Below, in pieces: positions 38,095 through 50,997 of a DNA stretch of 64,000 nucleotides (within the stretch, counting starts at the first letter, position 1; every line of letters begins with the position of its first letter). A program made the translations under genes and the position numbers. The notes under the pieces are model-generated. The model saw nothing but the letters and a program-made list of their open reading frames with translations. It made no database searches and was not told where the DNA came from. The stretch covers positions 9,145,337 through 9,209,336 of the forward strand of contig CM082586.2 of NCBI GenBank assembly GCA_040954595.2. Direction: 5' to 3'. This DNA comes from Balanoglossus misakiensis (taxonomy: Eukaryota > Animalia > Hemichordata).

Positions 38095-38309
38095 CAGTGT
38101 TTCATCTAGGGGGAGGGGGATTCACCCCCTTGTTGACATGATAGCACCCCTTAGGAACTTGTCATGGGGGGGGGGGGGGGGCAATGCCCCTTAAAATGAT
38201 GCTGTGTACATGTTGGAGATATTACAGTCTGCCTTGGAGAGTGGAAACCCCCCTAAATATTCTGGCAATGGGTATCCCCCCTGTTGATGCCATCCTAAAT
38301 GAAACACTG
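38095..38309. mobile_element. 215-bp MITE with CAG...CTG termini
   Basis: TIR CAGTGTTTCATCTAGG / CCTAAATGAAACACTG (15/16). The TSD is unclear (AAACAT versus AAATAT). Confidence 0.7.
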
Positions 38310-38322
38310 AAATATGAGTTAA

Positions 38323-39417
38323 AGGCGGAACTCCCGTATAAAAGCGCGAGAGCATGCGAGAGTTGGCATAATGGTGGGAGATTCAAACTCACTAACAACA
38401 GAACGGACGTTGTCCATAATAGACAGTAAATTTAGGTCTACCGATGATTTTTTTGTCTCTAAATTCAAAAAGGAGTGCATGAGTTTATTTAGCACGAAAT
38501 CCGCGGTTTCTGGTGCAATACAATTTGAAAATACTTTCGAAAACCGAAGATGAAATCATTTTGTCGCCGAGATATGACCGGTATATCGGTACGATGTTCA
38601 GTTTGAATCTGCGTGATTGACATATTATGCAAATCGAAGTTGGGCACCATTGATACGTAGTGGCGTTGATTGCAAAGTGTGCGAGACCTGACAATGGGGA
38701 TATGATCGTACCAAATTTATCACACATGAACATGCACACATCCATAAAATCGGTAGTTCTCTTCTTGGAAATTGTGTTGGTCCTGAAAAGGACCGTTTGT
38801 ATTTGTGTATCAACCGTACAAAGTGAAGAGGGGAAAGCCTCATCAGTGCAATTTATGCCCAACCTACGAAACACCGGGTAAATTCGGGTAGAGACCACGG
38901 ACTAGCCAAGACTGCCTATGTGTGGTTACACATTGCGAACAAAAACAAAATTCACAGGAGTTGACCGAATCTCCGGAAGCCGATGTGCTCATGGATACGG
39001 TGTTTACTTCGACGGCTGCTGCATCCGACAGACCGGCAGTGTCCCCCGCATCAAACTCGCCGGTAGCCGATACCACGCACGGTACTAACCCCCGCGGTCG
39101 CAGCAGGTGAACTTATGTGCCCCCGCTGGTCGATGACCGAAAGCTCGGCAGAGAAAATTGCCAGTGCTTTCTCCTGCTCTTCAGTGACCGCTATCTTGAT
39201 AATTCGTGTCGACATGATAGATTCAGCTGACAACACGTTCCGCGGGTGCCTAAGAACTAGCTGGATCGCGTAAGTATAGAAATGTGTTTGCTTTTGGCGG
39301 GCGCGGGATGCCCATTTGAGGTCAATTGTTGTAACAATATATAGTGGCGTCAGAGCTTTAGCCACGCCTACATTTTATTGATTTTTGCTCGGTAGGGCCC
39401 TACCGAGCGTTCCGCCT
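38323..39417 (-). mobile_element. Kolobok-type non-autonomous element (1.1 kb) with a decayed Cys-rich (KolX-like) ORF
   Basis: TTAA|AGGCGGAAC...GTTCCGCCT|TTAA. The minus strand carries frameshifted fragments CEFCFCSQCVT..QSWL and CVINLVRSYP. Confidence 0.72.
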
Positions 39418-39769
39418 TTAAGACAAATTAACTATACTCGGTGACTGAAGAAACTGTATAACATAAATAACACCATGTGTATATGACAGATGTCCGGGAT
39501 ATAATTTGTAAACCTACCACAATATAAAGCGCTTCGACGTAAACATCACCGGCGGTTCAAGTTGCAGAATTTTCATTTGATTTCACCGTTTTACTGTCAG
39601 GTTATCTGGCCGATTCCCCCGATGCTTCTAGATCAATAATTAATCCATACACAAATACCAATTATTCCCTACCTTGATCGAAAATAACGGTTTAAAAACT
39701 CCTGACTCATCATGACGAAGTACATGAAACTTTGTCCAAGAGCATAAGCCAAATGTCACTTGAGGTTTG

Positions 39770-39890
39770 ACGGCGTTCTGATCGTATGGGTTGGATTTCT
39801 CCCGCAGAAGGCGATACCCAGCACCGACAGTAAGTGCACCTTTATAGTGGTGCATCGCCACTGCCAGTACTTGGTGTACGATGAGTGAAG
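39770..39890 (-). pseudogene. HIRAN-domain-like fragment
   Basis: VLAVAMHHYKGALTVGAGYRLLREKSNPYDQNAV matches the HIRAN LxREPxNPYDxNAV signature; the rest is missing. Confidence 0.55.
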
Positions 39891-41245
39891 GCATTCTCTG
39901 AAGAGTATAGTATTGTGACACGATGACCTGGTGATGGTGTTCGCTCGCCTGCTTTTTCGGTTGTGCGGGGCTTGTTGTGTCGCTGTCGTCAAAAATAGTG
40001 TAGGCGCCGAAATCAAAATTTATTATTTTTAAAAAGCACTGGTGAAATGTTTTCTTATTGACCCGGAAGCAAGTTTGACTCGTACTTTCGTGTTTTTAAT
40101 TGACGGGATATCCCCAGCGTATTTCACCCCAAAATTACATTTGAATAAAAAGGTCGTAATTTTCATACCAAAGAGCGGGAAAAGACGTATTTCCAAAGAA
40201 GTCATTTGTCAGATCGCGTTCTACATATTAACGATATGTTAATTTTTATGCTAATAAGCAACTCCTAATATGGGTCATCGATGCGACTGTATTATACGGT
40301 AGGTATTTCACTCAGTGATATACCCCGTCTTGAACTATTTAGGAGAATGCGCTGAAATCATCACACAGCGTTGACTAGGTGATCGGCGTGATAGTTCGCT
40401 GCGCGCGCGAGCGACGTACGGGGCATAGGACTTTAGTGGAGAGGGATGTTGTAAAATTGGGTTATTAGAAGCTGTAATAAAGTTTTCAAAGCTGGAGTTT
40501 TTTGTCATGTTGAATGTATCACATTTACTTCTTCGGAATTCTCAATGCGAAATAATCGTTAACATGATATTTTGAAAGAGAACGTAGCCAATTGTATTTA
40601 GAATGCAGATGTGCCCATCGTAATGAAAGCTGCCAGCCCCCTGAGAATAATACTACGGCCTACACGTTGATCACCTGATCGCATCGCCCTGTCTCACTTG
40701 GCTATGGGTGCCTGCCGTGATCCAAGGGCGCCCGGTTCAAATTTCTGGCCGTGAAATTGTTTTTCTCGACGCATTTTCGCAAATTGTATTGTTTTATAGG
40801 TAGGCATGTATGATAAAGGGGTTATTACACGAATTTTGGTCGATAACGCGAGTGATGTCCGTATATCGTGCAAAGCAACGGACATCACTCGAATACGACG
40901 CGTTATCGACCAAATTTAGTGTAATAACCCCTAATTATCTTCCGCTGTCAAAACAATCTTCTGGAAAGTTGACTATACATGAAACACGGTAATATGGTAT
41001 GGTATGGTTTGGGCATCGTTTAGAGGTTATAAACGGCTAGCGAGGGTATTTGGTTGCGGATATAAGACCTCTCAGGTGAAAATTAGCATATTTGGCGGGA
41101 AATAATCACCGAGCGATTCTAACTTGAAGTTCGGAAAGGCGAAAAAAAGTCGACTGGGCTGGATTTGGATTACACGGCCACCCTGCACTTTTGCTTGAAA
41201 ATATTAAAGCATATTACCTCATATAAGATTCTAGACGGCAACAAA

Positions 41246-42290
41246 CTTCAACTGCACCACAAAAGAGTGATTATGCGTGTTGTGTGTAAGGGCATAACAC
41301 AGACACTATAAGTTGTGTGAAGGGGTAAATCGATTAACCATGTTAGAAATGTACTCCAGGGTAAGGCCATGAATGGCATTGATGTACTCCAGGGTAAGGC
41401 CATGAATGGCATTGTATTTAAGAAGCAATATCTTGTAATCAATCCTGGCACAAACTGGTAGCCAATCCAGAGTGATGAGGGCAAGAGTGGTGTGTTCAAA
41501 CTTCTTCGACCGGGTGATGATATTTGCTGCTGTGTTTTGTAATCACTGAAGTAGATTTACTGCAGATTGAGGAAGACCAAACAGTAACGAATTGAAGTAT
41601 TCAAGTTTGGTGGAAAGAACTACACGAATTCAATCCTTAGAAGATAGGTACTTTCGTATTGATCCGATGTGTCGACGATAAAAAAAACGTGGACATACAT
41701 GTATTCTTGATGGGCTGGTTATAAATATGGATACTATCAAAGACAGCTCCCAGATTACACGTTGCTGTTACCAGAGAGATGGATGCAGAGCCCATGTTGG
41801 AGGATGGAATAGGATCAAGAAGATGAGCGAATATCAACGACTTCGGTTTTGTTTAGCTGTAGTTTATTCAGTGTCATCCATGCCTTCGATGCAGATCTCC
41901 AGAGATTGGACGATAGAGGGTGGATCTTGCGGAGAAAAAGCAAGGTATAGTAGTTTATCATCGGCGTACTGATGAAATTGTGGTTGTGGTGACGATTCAG
42001 TTTACAAAGTGGGGCTATATAAATGGCGAAGAACAGAGGGCCAAGGACAGAGCCGCGTAGGCCCAATACGATAGGTGAATGTGAACTTGCAGTGTTTTCG
42101 ATGATTACAGTTTGGTATCTATTTTGAATGTAAGATGTTAAACCATGTTAATACTGTGTCTGTAATGCCAAGGTTCGATAGTCTACGAATAAGTATCCCG
42201 TGATCAATGGAATCGAATGCGGCGGAGAGGTCAAGTAAGATCAGTAGTGCATACTTTTCAGAGTCGTACTACCGCTGGAATATTATTGTA
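41246..42290 (-). mobile_element. L2-clade LINE reverse-transcriptase relic
   Basis: [45 protein letters not shown] and LDWLPV in broken frames. Confidence 0.85.
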
Positions 42291-42309
42291 GTTCATACAT
42301 CAGGGACAT

Positions 42310-42803
42310 TGTAGCGATGAGGTAACGGCCTGTGACGAGAACAGTGATCCACGGAGACACGTATCTGATTCACGTTCATTTATTGTCGAGAATTACTCCA
42401 GTACATCAAATATGTCCAGTTAAGTATGTGAGGAAGGAAACGAGCTCAGTAGCCTGAGGTACATACATCTCCCGTTAGATTATTCTCCTCCCCCAACTTT
42501 GCAAACAAAGTTCTCTTATAATTACTTTTCTCAAGGCGTGGTTAATCATGTCAAATATCACAAATACAATGTGTTACAATTTCATTAGGCATCAATTCAA
42601 CTATATACGTACCAAATTACATAGAGCGTTATATAATAAAGTCAGTTCGATGATGATTGACACTCAGAGCAGTCAATTAAACACCAGCTCCCCCTATCTA
42701 CTTCAAATACATAAAATAAAAATACTATCAAACATTGACATTCCCGAGCTTTAAGTATAATTGACCCTTAAAATCATATTTGACCTTTGTACAAATCATA
42801 ACA
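42310..42803 (-). repeat. 3' LTR of a Gypsy element (~494 bp, TGT...ACA)
   Basis: On the - strand a polypurine tract AAGGGGAG is followed immediately by TGTTATG; the other end is GCTACA. An inverted partial copy lies at 44876-45016. Confidence 0.75.
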
Positions 42804-44830
42804 CTCCCCTTGTTTTAAAGCAATGCGTCCCGCATTGGACACAAGTTTCTTAATTAAGAAGATAATGCAATAAAATACAACTTGCTAAATCGGTTATCTC
42901 TGTGGTTTCTTTATACAAACACATAGCCATTACAAGGGACTATTTACACAAACTGGGCCAACTATTTAGGTCATCAAACGAACGAAAAATTCAACTCAAA
43001 ACATTTTTCTCCAGTGTTAAAATCTCTGCAACTTCAAACTTCACTGGTAATTTCTTTATAACTTAAATACATCAACACATTTAAACAGAGTGACACGGGA
43101 ACCAGGTTGCATAGCACATACAACTAAACTCAGCAAACAACGGATAAAAAATGTCATTCGACAACTTGCGTAACATTTAAACGAATCAAGGGACACGCCA
43201 ATCGTATTCTCACTCATACAGACTGGCCAACACTCATACCTCTCAGTCGTGTTCAAACTCTCATTTCAGTCAACCACGTGTCTCCGTTTTCCGTGTTTTT
43301 TTTGTTACGCGCATATTTCTCTGTCCATAGATTTAAATGTGCAAGTGTGCTATAACCCGTTTCCCCTTTATCTTTACAGGATTTCTCATCAAATACTCTT
43401 TTGCAATTTCATTCAAATTGTCTTCATCCTCCCACGTATTATGTTTGGTTGAATTATTCTTCCACTTAACCAAATACTGTAATTTCCCATTTCTATGTCG
43501 ACCCTTCAACACATTTTCTATTTCGTAAATGGCTCAGAAGCTTTGTTCTGACAATTTCAATTGTTATTAGTTTCATCGATAGCACTGGGATTTGTCCTTG
43601 ACGACAAATCTCTCAATTCCAATCCCTCAATTTGATCAGAACCATTCTCTGATTCATTTATGTCTGCTTTAGGACTTTGACATATTTCGGTCCCATTTTC
43701 ATAATTTTTGGTATCTGGTGAGGATGAGTCAAACTCTGAGGGGCGCAAATAAGCTCTTTTTAGCCTATTCACATGTATGCCTTTACGATAATTCCTGGTG
43801 CTATTGATGAAACGTAACTTGTAATTAACAGGACCCGCCTTCTCAGAAATAATGTTAGGACCTGTCCACTTATGTACGAATTTCTTATTAACTCCTGGTT
43901 TAACATCAGGTGTGTCTAAATATACAGGATCCCCCACTTTAAGATTTTGTGACCGTTGGATATTTTGATCATAACGGTCCTTCATATTCTGTCGACCTAT
44001 ATTCTCTTTGGCGATTTTATGAGCTATCTCCCTCTTAGCAGCTAAATGTTTAAGGTGTGTATCTATATTTCTTGTCCTCCCCTCAACTGGCTGGAATTCA
44101 ACATCCATGGGCAATGTGGGATGCCGACCTTATAACACATAATACGGGCTGAACCCACTGGACTCTTGAGGACTAACTCTATACGCGAAAAGCACTGAAC
44201 TTAGGTACCGATCCCAATCTTTCTGTTTACTATCAACAAACATGGACAGCATGTCGACTAGGCAACCATTGAAACGTTCTGTAAGGCCATTGGTCTGTGG
44301 ACGATAAGGGGTAGAAACTTTACTCTGGATGTTGAAATATTTGCAAGTTTCGTGAACTACCTGGGATAAAAAAATTCGATCCCTCATTACTCAGCAAAAC
44401 TCTGGGGCTTCCATAAGTAGCAATTACTTCATCAAACAAGATCTTAGCAACTGTCAGCTCGTGCATTACGTAATGGATATGCTACTGGAAACTTAGTAAA
44501 GTAATGAGTAAGTACTAAGATGTATTTATGGCCATCATAAGTTCTAGGGAGGGGTCCCACAATATCCATACCCAGTCGGTCCCAGGGTCCTGATACTGGA
44601 ATAGGTAACAACTTAGCATGAGTAGGGGGTGTGGCTCTCTTTCGTGTGTGACAATGTGCGCATGTCTTTACGTACATGTCAACATCCCGGGGCATCCTTT
44701 CCCAAAAATACCTCTGTCTTAAAACTCCCAACGTTTTAGTGTATCCTAAATGTCCCGCTAAAACACAATCATGAGCCCACCGCAGCACATAATTTCTTGA
44801 GGACTTAGTTATCACAACCTGTCTAACACA
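42804..44830 (-). mobile_element. Ty3/Gypsy 3' internal region: integrase pseudogene
   Basis: HHCC motif (AHD..AGHLG..CAHC), MDIVGPLP, PYRPQTNGLTERFN and WTGP; contains frameshifts and a premature stop. Confidence 0.92.
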
Positions 44831-44875
44831 ATCTAATTAACCAGCTGATTTCCCCTTGTTTCCAAAGATGGAAGA

Positions 44876-46100
44876 GAATAATCTAACGGGAGATGGGAGT
44901 ACCTCAGGCTACTGAGTTCGTTCCCTTCCTCATGTACTTTACTGGGCGTATTTGATGTACTATAATAATTATGGATAATAAATGAACGTGGATCAGGTAC
45001 GTGTCTCCATGGATCACCTGGAAGTGAAATGGTTATTCCAGTGAAAGTGCCGTATAAATATTTTACTGGAGTTTTAGATTTTATTTCTGATAAACGAACA
45101 CGATTAACGCCGGCTATTTTGGCAGCTAAGGTGTTGGCCTATTCGAATAAGAATTTTCTTCCCATGCGAGTTGTAAACACTTTGGATACAGTGGTCAAAA
45201 TTAAGAAAAACAGTGTTGTTGGAAAGTTTTCGCCCTTGCCCTGTAATAGTCGAATAATCCCACTCGATAATAATGCCATTAATTGTGTCTCACCTGAAGG
45301 GCCCCATACACAGAAAGAGACGGATTATTTGATGGGTCAATTGAAGCTTAATGAATTAGAGATAACTAAGGCTCAGCGTAAACAGCTTAGAGATGTTTTA
45401 CTGCACAATATAGAAGCTTTTGTTGAGTCTAGTGGTCGTTTAGGTAACTGTGATGTAATCAAACATAGAATACGATTACAAGAGGGCGCTGCCCCGTTCC
45501 GTCGACCTTACCGAGTAACGCTTGAGAAAAGACGTGAACTTGAGCGACAAGTTGATCAGCTGTTAGAACTAAATATTATCGAGTCGTCTACTTCACCGAT
45601 TGCTAGTCCAATAATTTTAGTCAAAAAGCCTGATGGTTCGTGGCGTTTTTGCACAGATTTCCGTCATTTAAAAAATATTACAGTGCCTGATTCGTTTCCC
45701 TTACCCAGAACGGACGAATATCTTGAAATGTTAGGCAAGAATAAGCCTCAGTATTTTTCGACGCTAGACTTACAGTCAGGATTTTTTCAATTGAAATTAG
45801 ATGAAGAGAGTACACCAAAAACAGCCTTTGTCACACATCAAGGTTTATATCAATACAGGAGACTTGCCCAGGGGTTGCGAAATAGTCCCATGGACAGGTC
45901 CTTACATTATTTCTGTGAAGGTGGGTCCTGTTAATTACAAGTTACGTTTCATATATAGCACCAGGAATTATCGCAAAGTCATACATGTGAATAGACTAAA
46001 AAGAGCTTATTTGCACCACTCCGACTTTGACTCATCCTCATCTGATGAGTCGTGTGAAGAAAACGGTGTCCCAGAAACCACAAATTATGAAAATGATACC
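44876..46100 (+). mobile_element. Gypsy fragment: partial LTR, pol RT N-half, then integrase C-terminus
   Basis: SPIASPIILVKKPDGSWRFCTDFRHL, FSTLDLQSGFFQ, KTAFVTHQGLYQY..GLRNSP, then an abrupt switch at 45891 to WTGPYIIS. Confidence 0.92.
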
Positions 46101-46989
46101 CTAGAATTGGTGCTTGACACAGAACATGTTTTAATTTCTCGAATGCATGTTCGCATCTATCATCTCATTCAAATTTCGTGTCCTTTCCCAACAATTTATG
46201 TATAGGCCTAGCAATGATCGAGAAATTCTTTATAAACTTTCTAAAATAATTGGGCCAACCCAAAAATTATTTCAACTGTGTGACAGTATGAGGACGGGGA
46301 TATTCTTTAACAACTGTTACTTTACTCTTGTCAGCCGCAATTCCATCCTTACCAGTAGGACAAACCTCCAAATTTAGCGACTGCCTACAATATGTCTGCG
46401 CATGCTCACACCCTGTATTTGCATATACTGACGTCCCTGGCATGGAAATGCGGAAGTATTTGTCGAAGTTCGCTCTTGGATGTTATCGGCCTGCTTTTGA
46501 TGTTATGTACATCGACTTTCGGGTAATTTCGGTTTGAACTTGTACGTCACACCCTCCCTTCCAGCATGGTGTCGTGTAAACAGGGTAAGTAAAAAAATTC
46601 AGTCGAATTTCATGAAAATCGATGTCCGTGTGACCATTTGCCCGCCATGATTCGAATCGACATAACAAGCAATAGAACGTACCAGTTTAAAAACCATCGA
46701 TCTGAACCTTCTATACCTAGTTTAAGTCATGTTGAATGAAACAATGTCTTCAAACAGCAGATTATCTAATGGGGGACAATGGAGGACGGTTTTTGCGAAT
46801 GGTTTGCTCACTTCCGGTGTGCTAGATTTGTCAAAGCGCGTTTTCACGTGTACGGGTATAGGTACATGCATGTACCTATTTCAATTGAACTTGTTTTCCA
46901 ATGTTTTGAAAGGATCGGGTAGGTGACGTTGCTTTCTGAACCGTGCCTCTTTCTTCCCCAACAGGTCCAACTACACGTGGTCCTAGTGG

Positions 46990-47160
46990 CCAAGTTATCA
47001 ACGTGATTTTTGAAAACCTGATATGGTAATTTATCACTTCCTACAGTTTTCCTAAGTTTGGAGTGATTAACAACTTTGGTTACCTCCTCAAGTGAGATGT
47101 TATGATTTAAAACAGTACTATGATGGTAGCCTTCTGTCAACTGCATTTCTAGTTTCATTT
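46990..47160 (-). mobile_element. Short LINE ORF2 fragment
   Basis: LNHNISLEEVTKVVNHSKLRKTVGSDKLPYQVFKN resembles the pre-RT region of LINE ORF2. Confidence 0.6.
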
Positions 47161-48248
47161 CATGTTAGTAATGTGTGGTTCAGTTGCTATTTACATTACA
47201 CAGAGACTATGAAGCCCTTTCTGAATTCCATTGTTCTCAATAAATTACACAAACACATGATGTACAGAAATGAATATATTTAAATCTTTATTTCTTAAAA
47301 CCTGGCAACAAACAAACAAATAAGTGTGTATAAACATGAATAAATATTTCAACTTTTAATAAAAAATATGGTCTCTTGATTCATTTTTGATCAGCCCCCT
47401 TCCCCCATCATTGATTCTACTCATGTAAATGTGTTTGCTAGCATAATTTAGACGGCGTCGCTGTTCACTAAATATTCTATCTTTAACTTCTTCTTGCCGT
47501 AAGTCTTCTTATTCCCCACTTCACTATTCCTGTCTGGTGTCTTTTCATTTGACTGAAGGTGAAAAGTGTAAAGACGTTGTTAATGCGCTTGACACACATG
47601 CAGTAAATAATAAGGTGTAAATATAAATATGTGAACAGCGTCAACAAGGTTATTATGTTCAAATACTAGTATATGATGATGCGGACAAACAACTTTGCTC
47701 ACTGGACGATGCTGACATGGTCATGGTAATTATCTGATCACATGCTTTGTTTATCAACGTACACCCAGGTATTTCAGGCTATAACTATGGCGAAAACTGT
47801 GTGTAATGCTATTCAACCGGACTTAGAAACGTGTGAAAAGTTGCTCCTAGTGACGGTATGGTGTTCGCATGTCAAAGTTCCGCGAACACAGTGTATGTAC
47901 ACACTGGCATTTCATTTCGATGGCACTCCATTTCTTCCAGATAATACAAAAAACACAATCAATGCATGTTCTAAACACACTACGACCAATTCAAATTATC
48001 ATGAAAATGTATTACCGTTGATGGTTGCTCCATTATCCTGCCCGGGATTAAAGACTGGGTCGATTATCCACGCAACAGAAGATAGACCGTCGACCGCCAT
48101 GTGATGTTCCATAACATAACCTGGGTCAGATGACGTGACCTTTGTTCAGCTTCGGGCAATCACGTCATATCGCACATGCGCGTTGGAGCTAAACACTAAG
48201 TAGCTAATTAGTTGCGCATACGCAAGTCGCTAAATTTGGAGGTTTGTC

Positions 48249-49276
48249 CTACTGCTTACTGATAACATGACCCCAAAATTTAACACTCTTTCTCATAAAT
48301 TGACATTTGCTGGGTTTTAATTTCAATCCAGCTTGACGTAACCTGGTTTGGACGGTATCAATGTGTTGTAGATGCTCCTCAAAAGAGCTGCTTAATATAA
48401 TAATATCATCAATATAACAAAGCACATATTGCCACATAATATTGCGTAACACGTGTTGCATAGTACGCTGAAAACAACTGCACTTATGTACGAATTTCTT
48501 ATTAACTGCTGGTTTAACAGGAGGTGTGTATAAATATACAGGATCCCCCACTTTAAGATTTTGCGACCGTTGGATATTTTTATCATAACGGTCCTTCATA
48601 TTCTGTTGATATCGATCTGTATTCTCTTTGGCGATTTTATGAGCTATCTCCCTCTTAGCAGCTAAATGTTTAAGGTGTGTATCTATATTTCTTGTCCTCC
48701 CCTCAACTAGCTGGAATTCAACATCCATGGGCAATGTGGGATGCCGACCTTATAACACATAATACGGGCTGAACCCACTGGACTCTTGAGGACTAACTCT
48801 ATACGCGAAAAGCACTGAACTTAGGTACCGATACCAATCTTTCTGTTTATTATCGACAAACATGGACAGCATGTCGACTAGGCAACCATTGAAACGTTCT
48901 GTAAGGCCATTGGTCTGTGGACGATAAGGGGTAGAAACTTTACTCAGAATGTTGAAATATTTGCAGGTTTCGTGAACTACCTGGGATAAAAAAAATCGAT
49001 CCCTCATTACTCAGCAAAACTCTGGGGCTTCCATAAGTAGCAATTACTTCATCAAACAAGATCTTAGCAACTGTCTCAGCTCGTGCATTACGTAATGGAT
49101 ATGCTAATGAAAACTTTGTAAAGTAATGAGTAAGTACTAAGAAGTAAAGTAATGAGTAAGTACTAAGATGTATTTATGACCATCATAAGTTCTAGGGAGG
49201 GGTCCCACAATATCCATACCCAGTCGGTCCCAGGGTCCTGAAACTGGAATTGGTAACAACTTAGCATGAGTAGGGT
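48249..49276 (-). mobile_element. Gypsy fragment: integrase core joined to the RT C-half
   Basis: Near-identical to ~43867-44627 down to 48481 (KKFVHK), then SCFQRTMQ..CYIDDIII..LKPSKC. Confidence 0.92.
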
Positions 49277-50997
49277 GTGTTGTTCTCACACACAAAAAAT
49301 AGAAAAAAAGTGGTCTCGAACCAAGATCAGTTGACACCTTCAGGTAAAAAGGCTAGCCTTCCTGAAACCATTCGCCATCACGATGTGTACTCGAAAAAGT
49401 CGGAAATTTTCCGCACTATATTGCAGCATTACTCCAATGATCTTATTTGCACCGCAGCGATGCATATACGAGTTCCCTGCACCGCAGCGGTGCGAATAAG
49501 AGTTTCCTACCCCGCAACGATCTGACCGTTCTTTATTCACTCCTCGGCGACAAAAATGTTTTATTACGGCCTAAATAACGACTTTTTCGCTCCTTGGTTG
49601 GTCATGCGGACGGAAAGACACGGTTTTAGCGAGTTTATTTTTCTCTCTGCTGAGCACTCCGTATTCAGACTTGCCCAAGTGAACCACGACAAAAAATGAC
49701 CAAGTTTCCCTGCATGTTTCTTGTACCCGACAGATAAAAAACGCAGCGTAGATATTGAAATGAATTGGATTTATGAAAATGATAAAAATTACACTGATAA
49801 TGTCGTTAAAAATTTTCACACAAAAAAAGAAATAGAAAAAAATGTGGTCTCGAACCAACATCAGTTGACACCTTCAGGTAAAAGGCTAGCCTTCCTGAAC
49901 TATTCAACATCACGATGTGTACTCGAAAAAGTCGGAAATTTTCCGCACTATATTGCAGCATAACTCCAATGATCTTATTTGCACCGCAGCGGTGCAAATA
50001 CGAGTTACCTGCACCGCAGCGGTGCGAAGAAGAGTTCCCTACCCCGCAACGATCTGACCGTTCTTTATTCACTCCTCGGGGACAAAAACGTTTTATTACG
50101 GCCTAAATAACGACTTTTTCGCTCCTTGGTTGGTCATGCGGACGGAAAGACACGGTTTTAGCGAGTTTATTTTTCTCTCTACTGAGTACTCCGTATTCAG
50201 ACTTGCCCAAGTGAACCGCAACAAAAAATGACCAAGTTTCCCTGCTTGTTTCTTATACCCGACAGATAAAAAACGCAGCGTAGATATTGAAATGAATTGG
50301 ATTTATGAAAATGATAAAAATTACAACTGCAATGTCGTTAAAAGTTCTCTCAACAAAAAATAGAAAAAAAAAGTGGTCTCGAACCAACATCAGTTGACTC
50401 GTTCAGGTAAAAAGGCTAGCCTTCCTCAACCCTTCGCCATCACGATGTGTACTCGAAAAAGTCGGAATTTTTCCGCACTATATTGCAGCATAACTCCAAT
50501 GATCTTATTTGCACTGCAGCGGGCAATACGAGTTCCCTGCACCGCAGCGGTGCGAAGAAGAGTTCCCTACCCCGCAACGGTCTGACCGTTCTTTATTCAC
50601 TCCTCGGGGACAAAAACGTTTTATTACGGCCTAAATAACGACGTTTTCGCTCCTTGGTTGGTCATGCGGACGGAAAGACACGGTTTTAGCTAGTTTATCT
50701 TTCTCTCTGCTGAGCACTCCGTATTCAGACATGCCCAAGTGAACCGCGACAAAAAATGACCAAGTTTCCCTGCATGTTTCTTATACCCGACAGATAAAAC
50801 ACGCAGCGTAGATATTGAAATGAATTGGATTTATGAAAATGATAAAAATTACAATGGTAATGTCGTTTAAAGTTCTCAAAAAAAAAAATAGAAAAAAAAA
50901 TGGTCTCGAACCAACATCAGTTGACACCTTCAGGTAAAAGGTTAGCCTTCCTGAACCCTTCGCCATCACGATGTGTACTCGAAAAGTCGGAAATTTC
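49277..50997. repeat. ~530-bp tandem repeat, ~3.2 copies
   Basis: TTATTACGGCCTAAATAACG at 49561, 50093 and 50621; internal ~30-bp subrepeat containing the GCACCGCAGCGGTGC dyad. Confidence 0.95.

Noticed and set aside
40260-41200. CpG-richer segment with partial inverted motifs as a discrete transposon
   Set aside because: I could not establish matching termini or a TSD.
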